From: Narcine bancroftii
Taxonomy: Eukaryota
Direction: 5' to 3'
DNA: 64,000 nucleotides
Assembly (NCBI RefSeq): GCF_036971445.1
Contig: NC_091476.1
Coordinates: 23,374,001 to 23,438,000, forward strand
The notes beneath the pieces were generated by a model. It ran no database searches. It had not been told where the DNA came from and saw only the letters and a program-made list of their open reading frames with translations. Every line of letters starts with the position of its first letter. Within the stretch, counting starts at the first letter, position 1. The translations under genes were made by a program, and so were the position numbers. Below are positions 12,601 through 25,630 of the stretch, piece after piece.

Positions 12601-15600
12601 CTGTTCCAAAAACTGTGTTGATCTTTTGGATTTTGAAACCAGAATGTCACCGCTTCCTGGTGATTATGCAGGTAGTCCACTTTTCTTCTCACCTTTTCTA
12701 CTTTTTGTCACCTTTCTTGAATACTCAGTGTTCTTTTGCTTTTGGAGGTAAGTTTGAATTTGGAAATGAGTGGTATAAGTGTCCCTTCACATCTCTTCAG
12801 AAGCCCTGGTAACTCCTTGGGGATATAGTGATCATAATACAAAAGTTACAATAATGTTTTCTTTTTAATTCTGAACTTCAGAGAAATGAACTTCTTAAAT
12901 ATTTGAAAAGTACTAATGGTCCTTATTTGGATACAATCCAGCTTTCTGTGGAAGGTGACTTTGTGAATATTAAAAATTTGTCATTCTGGAGAGACATTTG
13001 AAAATTGATAAGTTGCTGAATGTTTGTGTTGGTGACTTGTTTTGGTGACTTTTGGTAATTTAAATGGATGTGGTAGCATTGCTAGTGCAATTACCTTTGT
13101 AGTCTTGAGTGCTAAGGGAGCCCGTTTTTAATGGCAGGGGTTAGATTTGTTGGAGGAAAATAATTTGTTCTGTTATGTCATTCGGGAAGTAGGAAATGGG
13201 CATTGCTTTAGGTTCCTTGGTTTTTGGACTAACAGTATATTAATGTCCAGAGATTGTTGGCTTAGCCAACAAATTAAATAACGTGTCAAACTGGGGTCAG
13301 AGTTTCTGGTTGGGTGGGTGGGTGTGTTCCCACGTGAATGGGGAACAAGTAGTGGAGATGGACTCTGATCTACTGGAGTCCAATAAGAGAAAAGTGGGTG
13401 ACTTGGTCAACTTGGAAGAACGTTCTGAAGATAGTTCTACCTTTTTTCATCAAAACCTTCTATGTCTTGCCTTGATCTGCAGGGTCCAAAGATGTGCAGG
13501 GCCTTGCCTGCCAAGGTTGAGCTCAAATCTTTCAAAGATGTGCAGGGCCTTGCCTGCCAAGGTTGAGCTCAAATCTTCCAAAGATGTGCAGGGCCTTGCC
13601 TGCCAAGGTTGAGCTCAAATCTTCCAAAGATGCGTAGGGCCTTGCCTCCCAAGGTTAAGCTTAAATCCAACAAAAGCGGGGTTTGCAAAGGAAAAAAAAA
13701 GTGGGGCTTCTGGCGACAATTATAACTTGGGTTATGAATAAACTGGTGCTAGATTCAGGGTTTGTTTGCATTTTTTTTCCAAGAATCCAGTTGTGTGTTT
13801 GAGTGTGCGTGCGTGTGTTCAAATTCACCCACTATTGTGATCTTTTCAATAACTATGATTCTTATGCCTGGCAGGAAAAATTTGTTCTGAAAGGCTACAT
13901 GGAAAAGCAGCCTGACCTAAATATTGAAATGAGGGCAATTTTGGTGGACTGGATGGTTGAAGTACAGGTTGGTTTGGTATTTTCTTCAATTCCATATGAT
14001 TTTTTTTCTTTGTAGTGAATTGACAAGGCAGGTTTACTATATTTATTCTCTGGTTTTATCCCCTGTACCAGCTGTGACTGTTGACTCACCAAAGCTACAT
14101 TACATATGGAGGAGAGCTTGATAAATGATGCCTGATTCTCTTGCCACTTCCCTTCCTTCCCCTTGTAGTTGGGAACCACTCCTTCCTTTCAGAACTTTTG
14201 TTTATTCCACAACTTTGTTTCCATTGACCTTGATTTTGTTTTTAATTAATGAAGGACCTATCTGTAAGATTAAAGGGATGGTAAATTTGAAGCAGCACAA
14301 CGCTATTACAGCGCAAACAAGCCAGGTTTGAATCTGATGCTGTTGGTTTACTCTCCCTGTAGCCGGGTGGTCCAGTTTCTACCCATCCTCCAAAAACCTA
14401 GGGTTTGCATGTTAATTGGTGTATTTGGGTGGAACTGGTCATGGGCCAGAAGGGCCTGTTTATCTAAAATAATTTTTTTAAATTAAAAAGAAAATATTTG
14501 TTAGAGATGGAATTTTAAGATTCCATCACCTGAATCCAGAAGGCAATACCAAACTATTTATTGTCATGTGAACTTTGCAAATTATTCGTGTACATTAAGC
14601 ATTTTTCTAAAGAACCAAAAGTGTAGTGAATTCCCATTTATTTACTTTTAACCATCATGGCCATCTTCAAACTACATTATGCTACCTGCTGTACTATACT
14701 TGCAATCCTGTCCTCTGGGTGAACTAAACAATAACTCTCATCTTGGTATTAATCACTTAGTAGCACTTAAAGTCATCGGCCTTCAGAGCTACAGGTGAAT
14801 GTTATTCTCTATAGACTTGGGCACATGTATCTGGATAAACAACCCAGTGCTGTAATGAGGGATGTTGCAATCCTTTAAAGCTTGGGTTTAAAAACTTTAT
14901 TCTCTTGGGTAAACCCAAAATCTCCAATAATAACTGAGCAGGAGGCATCTCCAGCACACTGACCAATATTTATCCCTCAAACCCACACAGCCAATGTTTT
15001 TCAATATTTTAATATGAGATTTCACATCCAAAGTACAGAGAACCTATAGATAGATGTTAAAATTCTCAAAGATACACTACACTTAAAATCACCAATGCCT
15101 GAAGAGGGCGCACAAAATCAGTGAACCGGTGCGGACTTGAAGGGGCAACATGGCCTGTTTCCGCTCCGTAAATGGTTAGATGGTTAATTAGCATTGCCTG
15201 TCAAGAAAAACACCCAATAATTTCCAATGTTTCTGGAAATGATTCCAGATATTGACTATATCAATTTCAGACCTTTTGAAATGGGCCACTTTACAGATAA
15301 AGGCCACCTTAAAGGGTTATAAAAACACAACTGGGGAAGCTCCGCAGTCAAGAGGCATACTTTATACAAGACAGATAAAGATACATGATGAGCATTTATG
15401 GCTTGAGGCTTTCATCAAAGTATGAGCAAAATGTAGTCATGTGCTTGAATAAACTGGTAGGGGGAGGAGCACAGTCCCACAGGCAGGAGTTAATAGGTGG
15501 ATAAGGGAAGGAGGGGGCAACAGCAAATGTGGTGGAAGGGGCGAATCACTTCAATGCCAATGTCAAAGCAAATTTTATTCACAAATTGGTCTGTAGTAAT

Positions 15601-18600
15601 TGAAATCAATATAATCAAGTACAGTTTTCCACCACAACTGGAAATGAGAGGCCATAAAACTGGTCGTCTGTTCCATTATAGGTATTGGACATTACTTCCC
15701 TCGACCATTGCCATTGTAATTTGATGCATCAGACAAGCATGGGCATCACCACCTTTTTGATTTGTGTTCCTATCTAAGCTATTTCATTTTACCTTTGGGG
15801 TGGCATGATTAGTTTAGTGGTTAGTGTGACACTTACAGCATCAGCGATAGGGACATGGGTTCGAATCCTACGCTCTCTGTAAGAAATTTTGTATGATCTC
15901 CCCTTGTCTGTGTGAGTTTTCCCCTGGGGCTCTGGTTTCCTCCCACAGTTCAAAACATACTGGTGGGTGTATGTCAATCGGGTATAATTGGATGGCACAG
16001 GCTTGCGGGCTGGAATGGCCTGTTACCGTGAGGAATGTCTAAATTAAAAAATTTAAATTTGGAAATTGACCAATCCCAAGAAAATATGTTTCTCATTTGA
16101 AAGCTTGTCAAATACCCTCTAGAAGTCTGTGTACACAATATATTGATATTCCTTGTTAATTTTAATTTGTTATGCATGACTTGTTTTTTTTGCAAATTGC
16201 ATTGGCTCATTTGACATTATGGACTTCAAGATATGATGAACGGTTGGCATAGCAGTTAGTGCAATGCCTTTACAGTGCTAGCAATCAGGCCCAGACCATG
16301 TTCAAGTCCTGTGCTGTCTGTTGGTTTCCTCTCACTGTTCAAAATGTACTGGGGGGTGTAGGTTATATGGGTGTAAATTGGGTGGCACAGACTCATGGAC
16401 CGAAATGGCCTGTTACCATGCTGTATGTCTAAATTTTAAATTTAAACTGCTTTTCTAGTTCCTTTCTCACTTTTGATTACTGTTTTACTTGGATTTAAAC
16501 AACTCTGTGGTTGACTCCTGTCTTCAACTATCTGCAGTTCATAACTTTTTGCACCAGGATATGCTGGGGGCAACTATAATTTTGCATTACATTGATGACT
16601 CTATAATAACTAATTGATGTGAAACCTTCCTTTCTCAGGAAAATTTTGAATTGAATCATGAAACTCTGTACCTGGCAGTGAAGCTGGTGGATCATTATTT
16701 GGCAAAGGCTACGTGTATGAGGGAAACACTGCAGCTGCTTGGTTCTACTGCAATCCTTATTGCTGCAAAGTTTGATGTAAGCACATTTCATCATTTTAGC
16801 ACTGTTTTTGTATGAATTTAGTTATTTTTGTTTTTATGTCCTGTATAAATCTTGGGAAAATGCTAGAAATAAGTGTGATAGGACACCTAGAAAACAACAT
16901 GATTGGCAGAATTAATATAAATTAATAATGGGCAAACATTTAACAAGTTTATTGATTTTTTTTCCTGAGAATGTATGGAGCAATGTTTATTATATGGAGA
17001 TCAGTGGGTGTGATATTTGGGCTTCAAGTGAATCTTTGACAAGGTACTGTATTTGTGTGAGTTCTGTATTGGCTGGGAGGCTCTGGCAAGTGGCATACTA
17101 TTGGGATCTTTATTTGGGGACTATACTTGTGATAGAATAAGTTCAACAAAATAAACGTTTGCCAGGTTGATTCCTGGTATATGGTGGGACGGTTGATTGA
17201 GCAGAGAGAAATGAGGAGTGATTTGATAAAAGTCTGCTGAACTCTAATGGGGCAGGTCAGATCCCAAAATGATTTCTCCTAGATGGTTTGTCTCGGACCA
17301 GAGGTCCTAGCAAGGAAGGTGCCTGCTGTTCGTGGTTGAGATGAGAAATTTCTTCACTCAGAGGGTAGTAAAACTTTTAAATTCTTTACCTAAGATTGCT
17401 GTGGAGGTTTACTCACTGAATATATGTAAATTTGGACATCCAGCATGGTAACTGGTCCCTGTGCCACCCAATTATCCTACAACCCTGTGCATTTTGGAGG
17501 AAACCTACGCATACATGGGGAGAATGAACTAACTCCTTACAGACAGTGCTGTATTCAAACTCTGGTTCCTACTGCTGATAGCATTGTGCTAACCATGCTG
17601 GATATATTTTTGGAAATCAAAGGACTTTGAATTATAACTGGAAAGTGAAGTTTGCATTGTCTGTCCTCAGTGATTTGTGTACCCGACATGACTCCATGAA
17701 TCTATTTTTCCTGCTTCTTTGTATACATGTGACTCAGATTTTTTCTTTCTTCCAACATTGCTCCTTGAGCATTCCTTGTCACACTTTGGCCACTACGTTC
17801 AGACATCTAGACCTTCATCTTTGCATTTATCTCCTCTTTCCCTCTCCTGTTTCAGATGCTTCTTGAAACCTAATTCCTTGTCCAATCTTTTGGTCACCTG
17901 AGTCTTTATCGCTATGTGATAGCGACCTGATTATGCCACAATGTAACACCATGTGACACAAAGCTTTTTGACAAGTTGTACTCAAAAGTAAAATCATTGG
18001 AGAAATGCAGCACAGAAACTATTTTTACATCTATTTTTACACTAATTAACCCATATTGAATTCTCTCCACATTTCTTTCAACTCCTTCCCCGATGCAACC
18101 ACTCATCTACACTTGGGGAAATTTTCAGAATTTACATTTCTCGTCTCAGTCACAAACTGTCAATTAAGTTTACCTTTTTATAGATTGTGTTAACAACCCA
18201 AACAGTCACAAAGAGCATGCAAACTCCACACAGAATGTACTAGAGGTCCTGACTGTACCAGAGTCTGTGAGGCACTAACTTTATTAGCTGTATCATTGAC
18301 CCATCTTTGGGAATGAAGGAAGAATTTATTGGTGATGGTCATGTATTGTTGGGCAATGAGAGGATTTGCTAGCATCTGGAATGAATTTGAACATTTACTA
18401 CAAAAGCTAAATTTTGATTAAATGGAAAGACACCTTAAGGTCTGTTTAAAATGATTTAAGATGCGGGATTCTGCTTTCTACAGCCATGCCAAGTGGTTTA
18501 CTCCATGATCTTTGGTGTCCTGTCAAAGGGAGGTGGTAAATGGATGCCAGATTAACTCGTAAGGAACAATTAGCAAGCAGTAGGCAAAAAAATGTGTGCC

Positions 18601-21600
18601 CCTTGTACATTGCTCCCTTGTTTTGTTTTGTACTGTTGGTAAAAGGACACTGTTGGAAGATTGTGCAGAAAGCCTGAACTTGTATCATTGTTGTTCCATG
18701 GTTGTCCAGAAGTTGTACAATTATAGTCCACGTAATGTCACATCATTGATGAGAAAAGCTGGAATTTCTACTGAAGAAAATGGGTGGGGCTGTGGGGGGG
18801 GGGGGGGGGGGTGGAGGAACTTGTAGAAACAATGTACAGCAGGGATTGAGACGGTCCGGATTCTCAGGCAGTACTTTTAAAATTCAAATTTGAGGAGGAA
18901 TAAGAAAGAGTTGAACAGGTAAGTTTTGATAATTTATTCATTAGCAAATAAATACAGCATGCTCTATTTATCAAAATGAGCAGTTTTAAAGAAAAATAAA
19001 GTTGACAAAAATGCAAATAATTTTGATAACAAAAAAGCTTGTAATGCTTGAAATTGTTTAAAAATGAATTTGTATGCTGTATTTTTTTTTAAAAAAACAA
19101 ATTCATTTCTTAAGCTTTAAAAAAAAAAAAATGGCAGCACTGCCGAAACTGCTGTAATGGCAGTGCTGCCATTGATATAGATCAACAGAGTGCAGGTAGT
19201 GGAGGCACAGCACTCCTGTGGGGTTCAACTGTGTACAGGTACCAGAAAACAGGGAGACCACCCCCAACCCCCCCCCATCTGAGGAGATGACCTATGGGAT
19301 GGTGACCACGGCAGCGGACCATTGAGGGGTTCTGCGGCTGAAGGACCCCCAGAGGCTGCTGGTGACTCGAGGCGAGGAACCAGGATGTGAGAGAGTGCTG
19401 AGGGCGTTGAAGGGTTCCTAATGGTATCGAGGTTTGAATCTGGACTGTGGTTGCAGGAGCGGTGAAGGTGAATCCACGGGAAACTCTGACTGGAGAGAGA
19501 GAACTCTTTTGCTTCTTTCTGGCTAGTGATACTTCAGGCAATTTTTTGCTGATGGTGAATATCTGCCTTGCAGACAAAAGCAATTTTGTGTAATTATGAC
19601 AGTTTTTATTATATGACAATAAATTGAACCTTGTGGCCACTGTGCATCTGTGGCACTTGCGCACACACTCACACAAAAGCCTGCAAAATTTTAAAAGATT
19701 GAATGTTCAAAGCCCAGATTCTTGAGTGGTCTGGATTTCTGGCATCTGGATTTTTGGACTTCTGTTGTATAATTATAAATAGTTGCAATGGATTTCAAGA
19801 GGTTGTAATTGATTAAACTTTAAATGGATTCTTAAACTCTTAAATATGTCTACAGGAGGGGGAGTTGGGATGGGGAAGTAAAGTAGCTGATTGGGCTGTT
19901 AGCTGACTTCATTGAAGAAGACAGTCAGGGTTAAAAAGTAGCTAATCATGGGGGAAGAAAGTTAATGTTTCACAAGAATCTGCAAGGATGATTGCTGTTC
20001 AGAATTTACGTTAATTATTTGGTGTTTCAAATTAGTTTATCAAATTGTGGGGAAGAATAGTTGATACTGAAGACAGCAACAGATTATTACAAAATTGACA
20101 CATAATTTGCAAATTAAGTTGAAAACACAAAGGTGTGGGGGTGTACATTTGGTAGAAAAATGGTGAAGTTACAACTTGGCAACTAAATCTGCGGTCGGAC
20201 AGAGGGGGCTAAATTCTGGATCGAAAGATCAATGATCAAAGGATGTGCCACAGGTAGGCAAAGAAAGCTGGAGGTTGGTTTTGGATGAGAAATAATTGAA
20301 AAATGAGGAAATAATGGAGTACCTTATTTATTTGTAGTTGCCAGATTAAAAAAAGAATAGACACCTTGGAGAGAAGATAGTGAATGCTTACAGCAAAAAA
20401 AAACTCTCTGTATCTACCCTAACAAATATGTGGAAGATTTTGATAGATGTACAGATTGCTTCCACTCATGGAGGGAGTTTTTGAATAGGCCCATTTTACC
20501 AAAAAGTGGATAAAAAAAATTAAAACTTGCCACACCCTGGAGTGGTTGAAATGAATGATTATCGATGTGTTTAAAGAGAGCTTAGACAAACTTGAGAGGA
20601 GGGAGCTCTGCTAATAGATTAGGATGGAGGCTTGAGTTGAGACAGTTAATGGCATGTTTCTGTGTTCTATGTCTGGTATAACTCTGTATCTATTTTAGGA
20701 GCGATGCCCGCCCTGTGTCGATGACTTCCTGTACATTTGTGATGACGCGTACCAAAGAGAAGAGCTGCTTTCGATGGAAGTGAACATTCTCCAAACATTA
20801 AAGTTTGACATCAATGTTCCAGTGGCCTATCGGTTCTTGAGGAGATATGCAAAGGTTGATCAATTTGTAGAAATAGAAATTTTCTTTTTTTTTTTTGGAA
20901 CCTAAACCTAATGATTTCTTTTCTTCTTGAAGAACAGTCTATTTCTGGTATGTTTTTGTGTGATTCTTGGGTCAAAATTACTCTTTCTATTCGTGGTTGG
21001 GGAGGTGAGAGATAATTTGAATGGCAATAGGTAGATCTCCAACTAGTACTTTATATCATGATCAATCCTGAGAATTTTGTCAAAATGAACATGGGCCAAA
21101 AAGCAATTATAAAAAGCAAATGGGTTGAATGTAATGCTTGGGCAACAGAAAGGTCCATTAACTTACATACCTCTTTCAACCAACAGCTGATTGTATCCTC
21201 TCACTTGTAGTGGATGAAAGTACTAGTTTGGTTTTCATAGTAGAGTAAAAACCCCTTTGGTGTCTGTGGGGAATTGGTAGATGCCAGGTAAGTAAATTTT
21301 CCAGTTGTCTGAGATTGTGTTTGGATTGGTGAATTAATGGAAAGGTGTGCCAATTTTAAACTTCTGTCTTTTTGACCTATTTATTTTTCTTTTGCCGGTT
21401 GCTTGAATTCCAGATAACGGGGGTTTTGCTGTAGTCCACTAATCTAATCTGTATATATTTTAAAGCACAAAAGTGCTGAAGAAACTCAGAATGTCAGGGA
21501 ACGTTCTTTGTTTAGCAAAGATACATAATCAACATTTTGGGCCTGAACCCTTCTTCAAGGTATACTTTAACAAAGGGCACAGGTCTGAAATGTTGATTAT

Positions 21601-24105
21601 ATATCTTTGCTACATAAAGAATATTGCATGTCCTGTTGAATTTATCTAGTTTTTTTTTAAACTACAATTACTGCAGATTCATATTTAACTCTAATCTGTA
21701 TATACATTTTCATAATTTGAATATTGTTGTTTGCAGTGTGCCAGAGCCAACCTTGAGACATTGACTCTTGCCCGCTATATCTGTGAGTTAACCCTGCAGG
21801 AATACGAGTTTATTTGGGAAAGTGCTTCCAAATTGGCTGCTTCCTGCCTGCTACTGGCCCTCAAGATGAAGGATGTTGGAGGATGGGTATGTACTAGTTA
21901 CTAATTATTACTAATTTATTACTAATTTCTCTGCATGTCATTCTGTTATCATTGACCAAATTAATTTAATCTGCTAATATACAGCCCTGCTGGAGAAACT
22001 CAGTGGGTCTGGCAGTACCCATGGTAAGCAAAGGGATATAACCAAAGTTTTGGGCCTGAGCCCCTCATCAAGGTATGAGCAAAAAGCAGGCAGGTGCCTG
22101 AATAAAAAGGTGGAGGAAGGAGGGGCTGGGAGAGGAATGCAACCAAGGCCATAAGTGAAAATGGATAGGACAGGAGAGAAAACCTGAGTATTAATCAGGA
22201 GAATATGGTAGTGGGGGGTAAGATGGCTCTGTGAAAGCAGAGGTGGATGAAAGGAGATGGGCAAAGTCAGGCAGAGCAATTGGTTAATGCCATATGGTTG
22301 GAGAGTGCCCAGACGGAATATATGGATCATCAAATTTGTGGATATGGCAGTACATGAGACCATGGACAGATATGTCAGCATGGGAATGGGGCAGAGAATT
22401 TAAATGGGTTGCCACTGGGATCCTCCCTGCTATTAGTGCGGACAGAGTGAAGGCGCTCAATGAAGCGATCTCCCAGTATGTTCCCAGTCTCTCCAATTCA
22501 GAGGAGGTCACGACAGTAGTACTAGCTGCAGTAGATGAAACTGGCAGATTCACAAGTGAGGTGTTGCTTTACTTGGTAGGGCTGCTTGGGGCCCTAAATG
22601 GTGGTGGAGGAAGTATAAGCTGCAGTCACAGGGGATGATTGGTGGAAAGTAATAGTGCATGAGAGTCACAGAGGGAGTGGTCTCTATGTCAAGCAGAGAG
22701 GGGAAGATGTGTCTGGTAGTAGGATCATGTAGGTGGCAGAAATATGTTGGATGTGGGGGGTGGTAGGTAAGGACGAGGGGAATCCAGTCTTTGATGTGTC
22801 TGGGATGGAGGGGACCAATGCAGATGTGCGGGAAATGGAGAATATATGTGTGAGGGCAGAGTGGATTGTAATGGAGGGAAGTCGTGTTTTTTTGAAGGAC
22901 CTCTTGGATGCTCTCATATGGAATACCTCGTCCTGGGAGCAAATGCAATGGAGTTTGAGGAATAGCAAGAAAGGAATAGAAGTTCCCCTGTGCTTTCAGG
23001 GCTCTCCTGATTTTATGATCTAAGTTCTGGCAAATTATGTACTTCCCATAATTAATGCTGTTAAGATCAGATTTCCAACAATAATTGTTCTATGCCTTAG
23101 AATTCCAACATTCTATCCCACTTTGTATCCAATTTGCTTTTTAAGTTTTGGACAATACATTTAAGGGCAAGACAAACCAGTAAATTCACTGGATCTGAGG
23201 CAGTTTTAAATGACGATGAATTCAGGAAATGTAGCTTTTGTTTCAGACTCCAACTCTGCAATATTACACTGGATACCAGGTCACTGATCTGCATTCGCTG
23301 ATGAGGAGACTGAACCTTTTGCTTTACAGTAAACCAGATGAAAAGCTGAAGGCTGTACGGTACAAGTATGCTCACAAGTAAGAATTTAATTGTCTGCTTA
23401 TATCTCTGATACATTTATATGGGGAAATGATGCATCTCGGCTTTGTGATAGTTTGGGATTAAACCCTCTTTAATTTTTAGAAGCTGATTTGTGCCTTTAT
23501 AGCTACAGGAGGAAGCTACTGTGTTCCTCAAGCCAATTGGATTATGGTTTATTGGTATTTCCTGATTCCTTTTAACCAAAACCTATTGATCTAGCATGTA
23601 CACAAGCTTCGTCCAAGAGACTTACAGGTTTGCACTACCCTTTGAAAAGTGCTCCTCAAACTCTTGTCTGCATGGTCTTGTTACAATTAAAAACTATACC
23701 CCCTTTGCACAGCTTGCACCTTGCAAAAGAAAGTTTATTTTGGATTTTCATTTTAAAGATCTTCAGTGAGTTCATCCCTCCATCTGCTCTCTAATTAAAC
23801 CATTAACTTCCAGCCCTAAATTTTCATTTATTTTGCGCTGTGCTTTCAAAGTCAGCACCACTTTAGAGCTGGGGTGCCCAGTACACTAGGATCCAATTAT
23901 GGCTCTCTAGTGAAATACAACTTCCAAATGTTGACCTGTGAACACAAGGTGTCTTTTTTGTATTAATGCATTGACCTTTTGTGAATATGGAAACTCTCAT
24001 CCTGTTCATAGCTTTTTTGATCTATTCTGCATTCAAATAGAGATTGAATTGAAATTGTAACTTCAATCAGAGGTGCTTCAGATTCTTCTCAAACTGTTAT
24101 CATCC

Positions 24106-24136
<31 letters not shown>

Positions 24137-24249
24137 TCCTTAAGGATTTTTATTACTTTTTTTAAATTAGGATTTTCTTTGAAGTCGCAAAAATTCCGCC
24201 CTTGAATGTTCTGAAGCTTGAAGAACAACTGAAATTGAACACGCTCTAA
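6665..24249 (+). CDS. CCNB3: G2/mitotic-specific cyclin B3, 408 aa; join(6665..6736,7694..7777,7886..7995,11396..11510,12469..12567,13875..13967,16639..16776,20699..20854,21737..21886,23247..23377,24171..24249)
   Basis: Eleven GT-AG exons with consistent phases total 1227 nt. They encode the N-terminal KRSPTSPQGGPKKRSAFEDLTN D-box typical of cyclin B3, the cyclin box [52 protein letters not shown], and the C-terminal KYAHKIFFEVAKIPPL. Stop TAA at 24247-24249. Confidence 0.95.
9781..10700 (-). mobile_element. 5'-truncated L1 3' fragment, same family as the 58.6-64 kb copy
   Basis: Minus-strand ORFs MRNTINTRLR..KWDPTVSDRC and AVAKKCIMSTWK..CIPLEKITY are nearly identical to the ORF2 C-terminus. 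A poly-T tail starts at about 9780. Confidence 0.92.
13486..13668. repeat. 46-bp tandem repeat, about 4 copies
   Basis: CAAAGATG(T/C)G(C/T)AGGGCCTTGCC recurs at 13487, 13533, 13579 and 13625. Confidence 0.95.
15795..16060 (+). mobile_element. tRNA-derived SINE; related copies at about 7280-7480, 14280-14470, 16240-16445, 17430-17600(-), 18080-18290(-) and 54105-54345
   Basis: A-box-like TAGTGGTTAG, B box GGTTCGAATCC, shared core GGAGTTTGTA..TCTCCC..GTCTGC..GGGTTT, and an AT-rich tail. Confidence 0.8.
19131..19632 (+). mobile_element. Non-coding SINE-like element with a 5' hairpin and a LINE-like 3' tail; related copy at about 28304-29035
   Basis: The two copies share ATG(G/A)CA..CTGCC..GCTGTAAT, GGTGACCAC(G/A)G and CAGACAAAAG..ATGAC followed by an AAA..TTGAA.CTT tail. 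Confidence 0.55.
21243..21432. mobile_element. Tc1/mariner (Tigger-like) MITE remnant
   Basis: Imperfect TIRs (GAGTAAAAACCCC ... GGGGTTTTGCTG) flanked by TA. Confidence 0.5.
21465..21660. mobile_element. Palindromic short element made of two inverted Penelope termini
   Basis: Imperfect inverted repeat centred on GTATAC (21560-21565). The arms 21514-21562 and 21563-21611 align without gaps. Confidence 0.75.
21980..22980 (-). mobile_element. Degenerate Penelope-like element (RT C-terminus, GIY-YIG endonuclease, pLTR end)
   Basis: Remnants FLKLHCICSQDEVFH, IPLVLTYHP, PVATHLNSLPHSHADISVHGL and IFRLGTLQP. The terminus carries a hammerhead-like motif and TGAGTTTCTCCAGC. Confidence 0.85.
24107..24133. 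repeat. (TA)n microsatellite near the last CCNB3 splice acceptor
   Basis: Directly visible. Confidence 0.95.
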
Positions 24250-25449
24250 AGCCAAGGGCCCAACTGTTGGAGGAAATAGCATTGTATTACTTGGCACTTG
24301 TGTGGTTGGGTGTTGGTGTAAATACTTGTAGCATTTGCTTCATACTACTTCATGAAACCTCTGCTAAGCAGAAAAAATTGTGTAATTATTCATATGGTCA
24401 CTCATTAAAATGCAGCAAACATTGAAATACTGTATCTGAATTCTAAAATAAGAGTAGACTGGGCCATTGTAGATTATGATTATGAGCAGGATATAAATAT
24501 CAAAATATATATATAGATAGGCCCTTTTATATTTTACCACTATCAGAATCAGGAATAATTAACCACGATATATATATATATATATTCTGCAGGCTCTACT
24601 AATTCCCTTTAAAACTTTTTACTTTTAGGATTTTTGTCAAAAAATATCAATTTCATAGATTATCTGTTGTTGAAAAGATTGATTGACCTGTTAAAATAAG
24701 CTACTAGGGAACGATACTTTGTAATTTGTTTTCCCAGGAATTGGTTCTTAATGGTATGTAACATTGTGTTGTTTTTTGACATTGTAATGAAAGCAAAAGA
24801 CCATATCCCATTGCACTGATTTTTGTTTCTCTTGATTGATTTTGTATATCTTGCCATTTAACTCGATCCCAACTTGCAAGAACTGCTAAATTGTAGAATT
24901 TCTCAATACATTTTTTATAATTGGCAACAAGCAAGCTAACTTGAAACCATTTTAACTTGAGTTTTTCCCTTTGTAATTACACTCCACACTTATCTCTGCA
25001 ATTGTTAAAGTGGCTATACTGGTGCTTGATGTATCCATTTCCTGTGTCCTGTGGAACAGAACAAGGTACTTTGTTGACCACATTTTGCTTTCATGTGCTC
25101 TATTTTGATTTTGGTATAAGAAATATTGCATTAATACTTTGGAGAGGGAAATGTATTTGCCTATCCTGTGATTCCACTGTTATCGACATGGGAACTTAAT
25201 TTTGTACAGTATTTCAATATTGCTCTAAATGTGCCATTTGCAATAATGTTTCATTTGTTATGTGTGTAGTATATTTGAAATTATTTAATTTGTGCTTTGG
25301 AAGCAATTTGTCAAGCATTTAAGTGTTTTAAGCATCTTGTCATAAAATAATTGAATATGCTATGTGTATAAATTTATATGTTGGGGTATCTTTAATTCCC
25401 CACTTTTAGTTTTGTATTCATGTCTAAGTACATCAACTTTCCTTTGTAA

Positions 25450-25630
25450 AATAAAAAATATTAAATGTATGATCTTGAGGTAGATTTTATTTTTAATAAT
25501 CTTTAGCTTCTGTCACTGCTTTAAAAACTGATCAAGTTGATCTGAAAACAAATTAAGTAAAATGCCTTAGTGATTGGGTTTGAATTTTATATGCATTCTG
25601 TTGGAAATTTGTGCTCATGAAGAAAATAAA
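25450..25630 (+). terminator. Candidate CCNB3 polyadenylation signals (AATAAA at 25450 and 25625)
   Basis: Hexamers at the end of an AU-rich 3' region with no recognisable TE, about 1.2-1.4 kb after the stop codon. Confidence 0.5.

Noticed and set aside
15800-15875. tRNA gene (A and B boxes)
   Set aside because: No cloverleaf is evident, and it continues into a SINE body repeated several times in the window.
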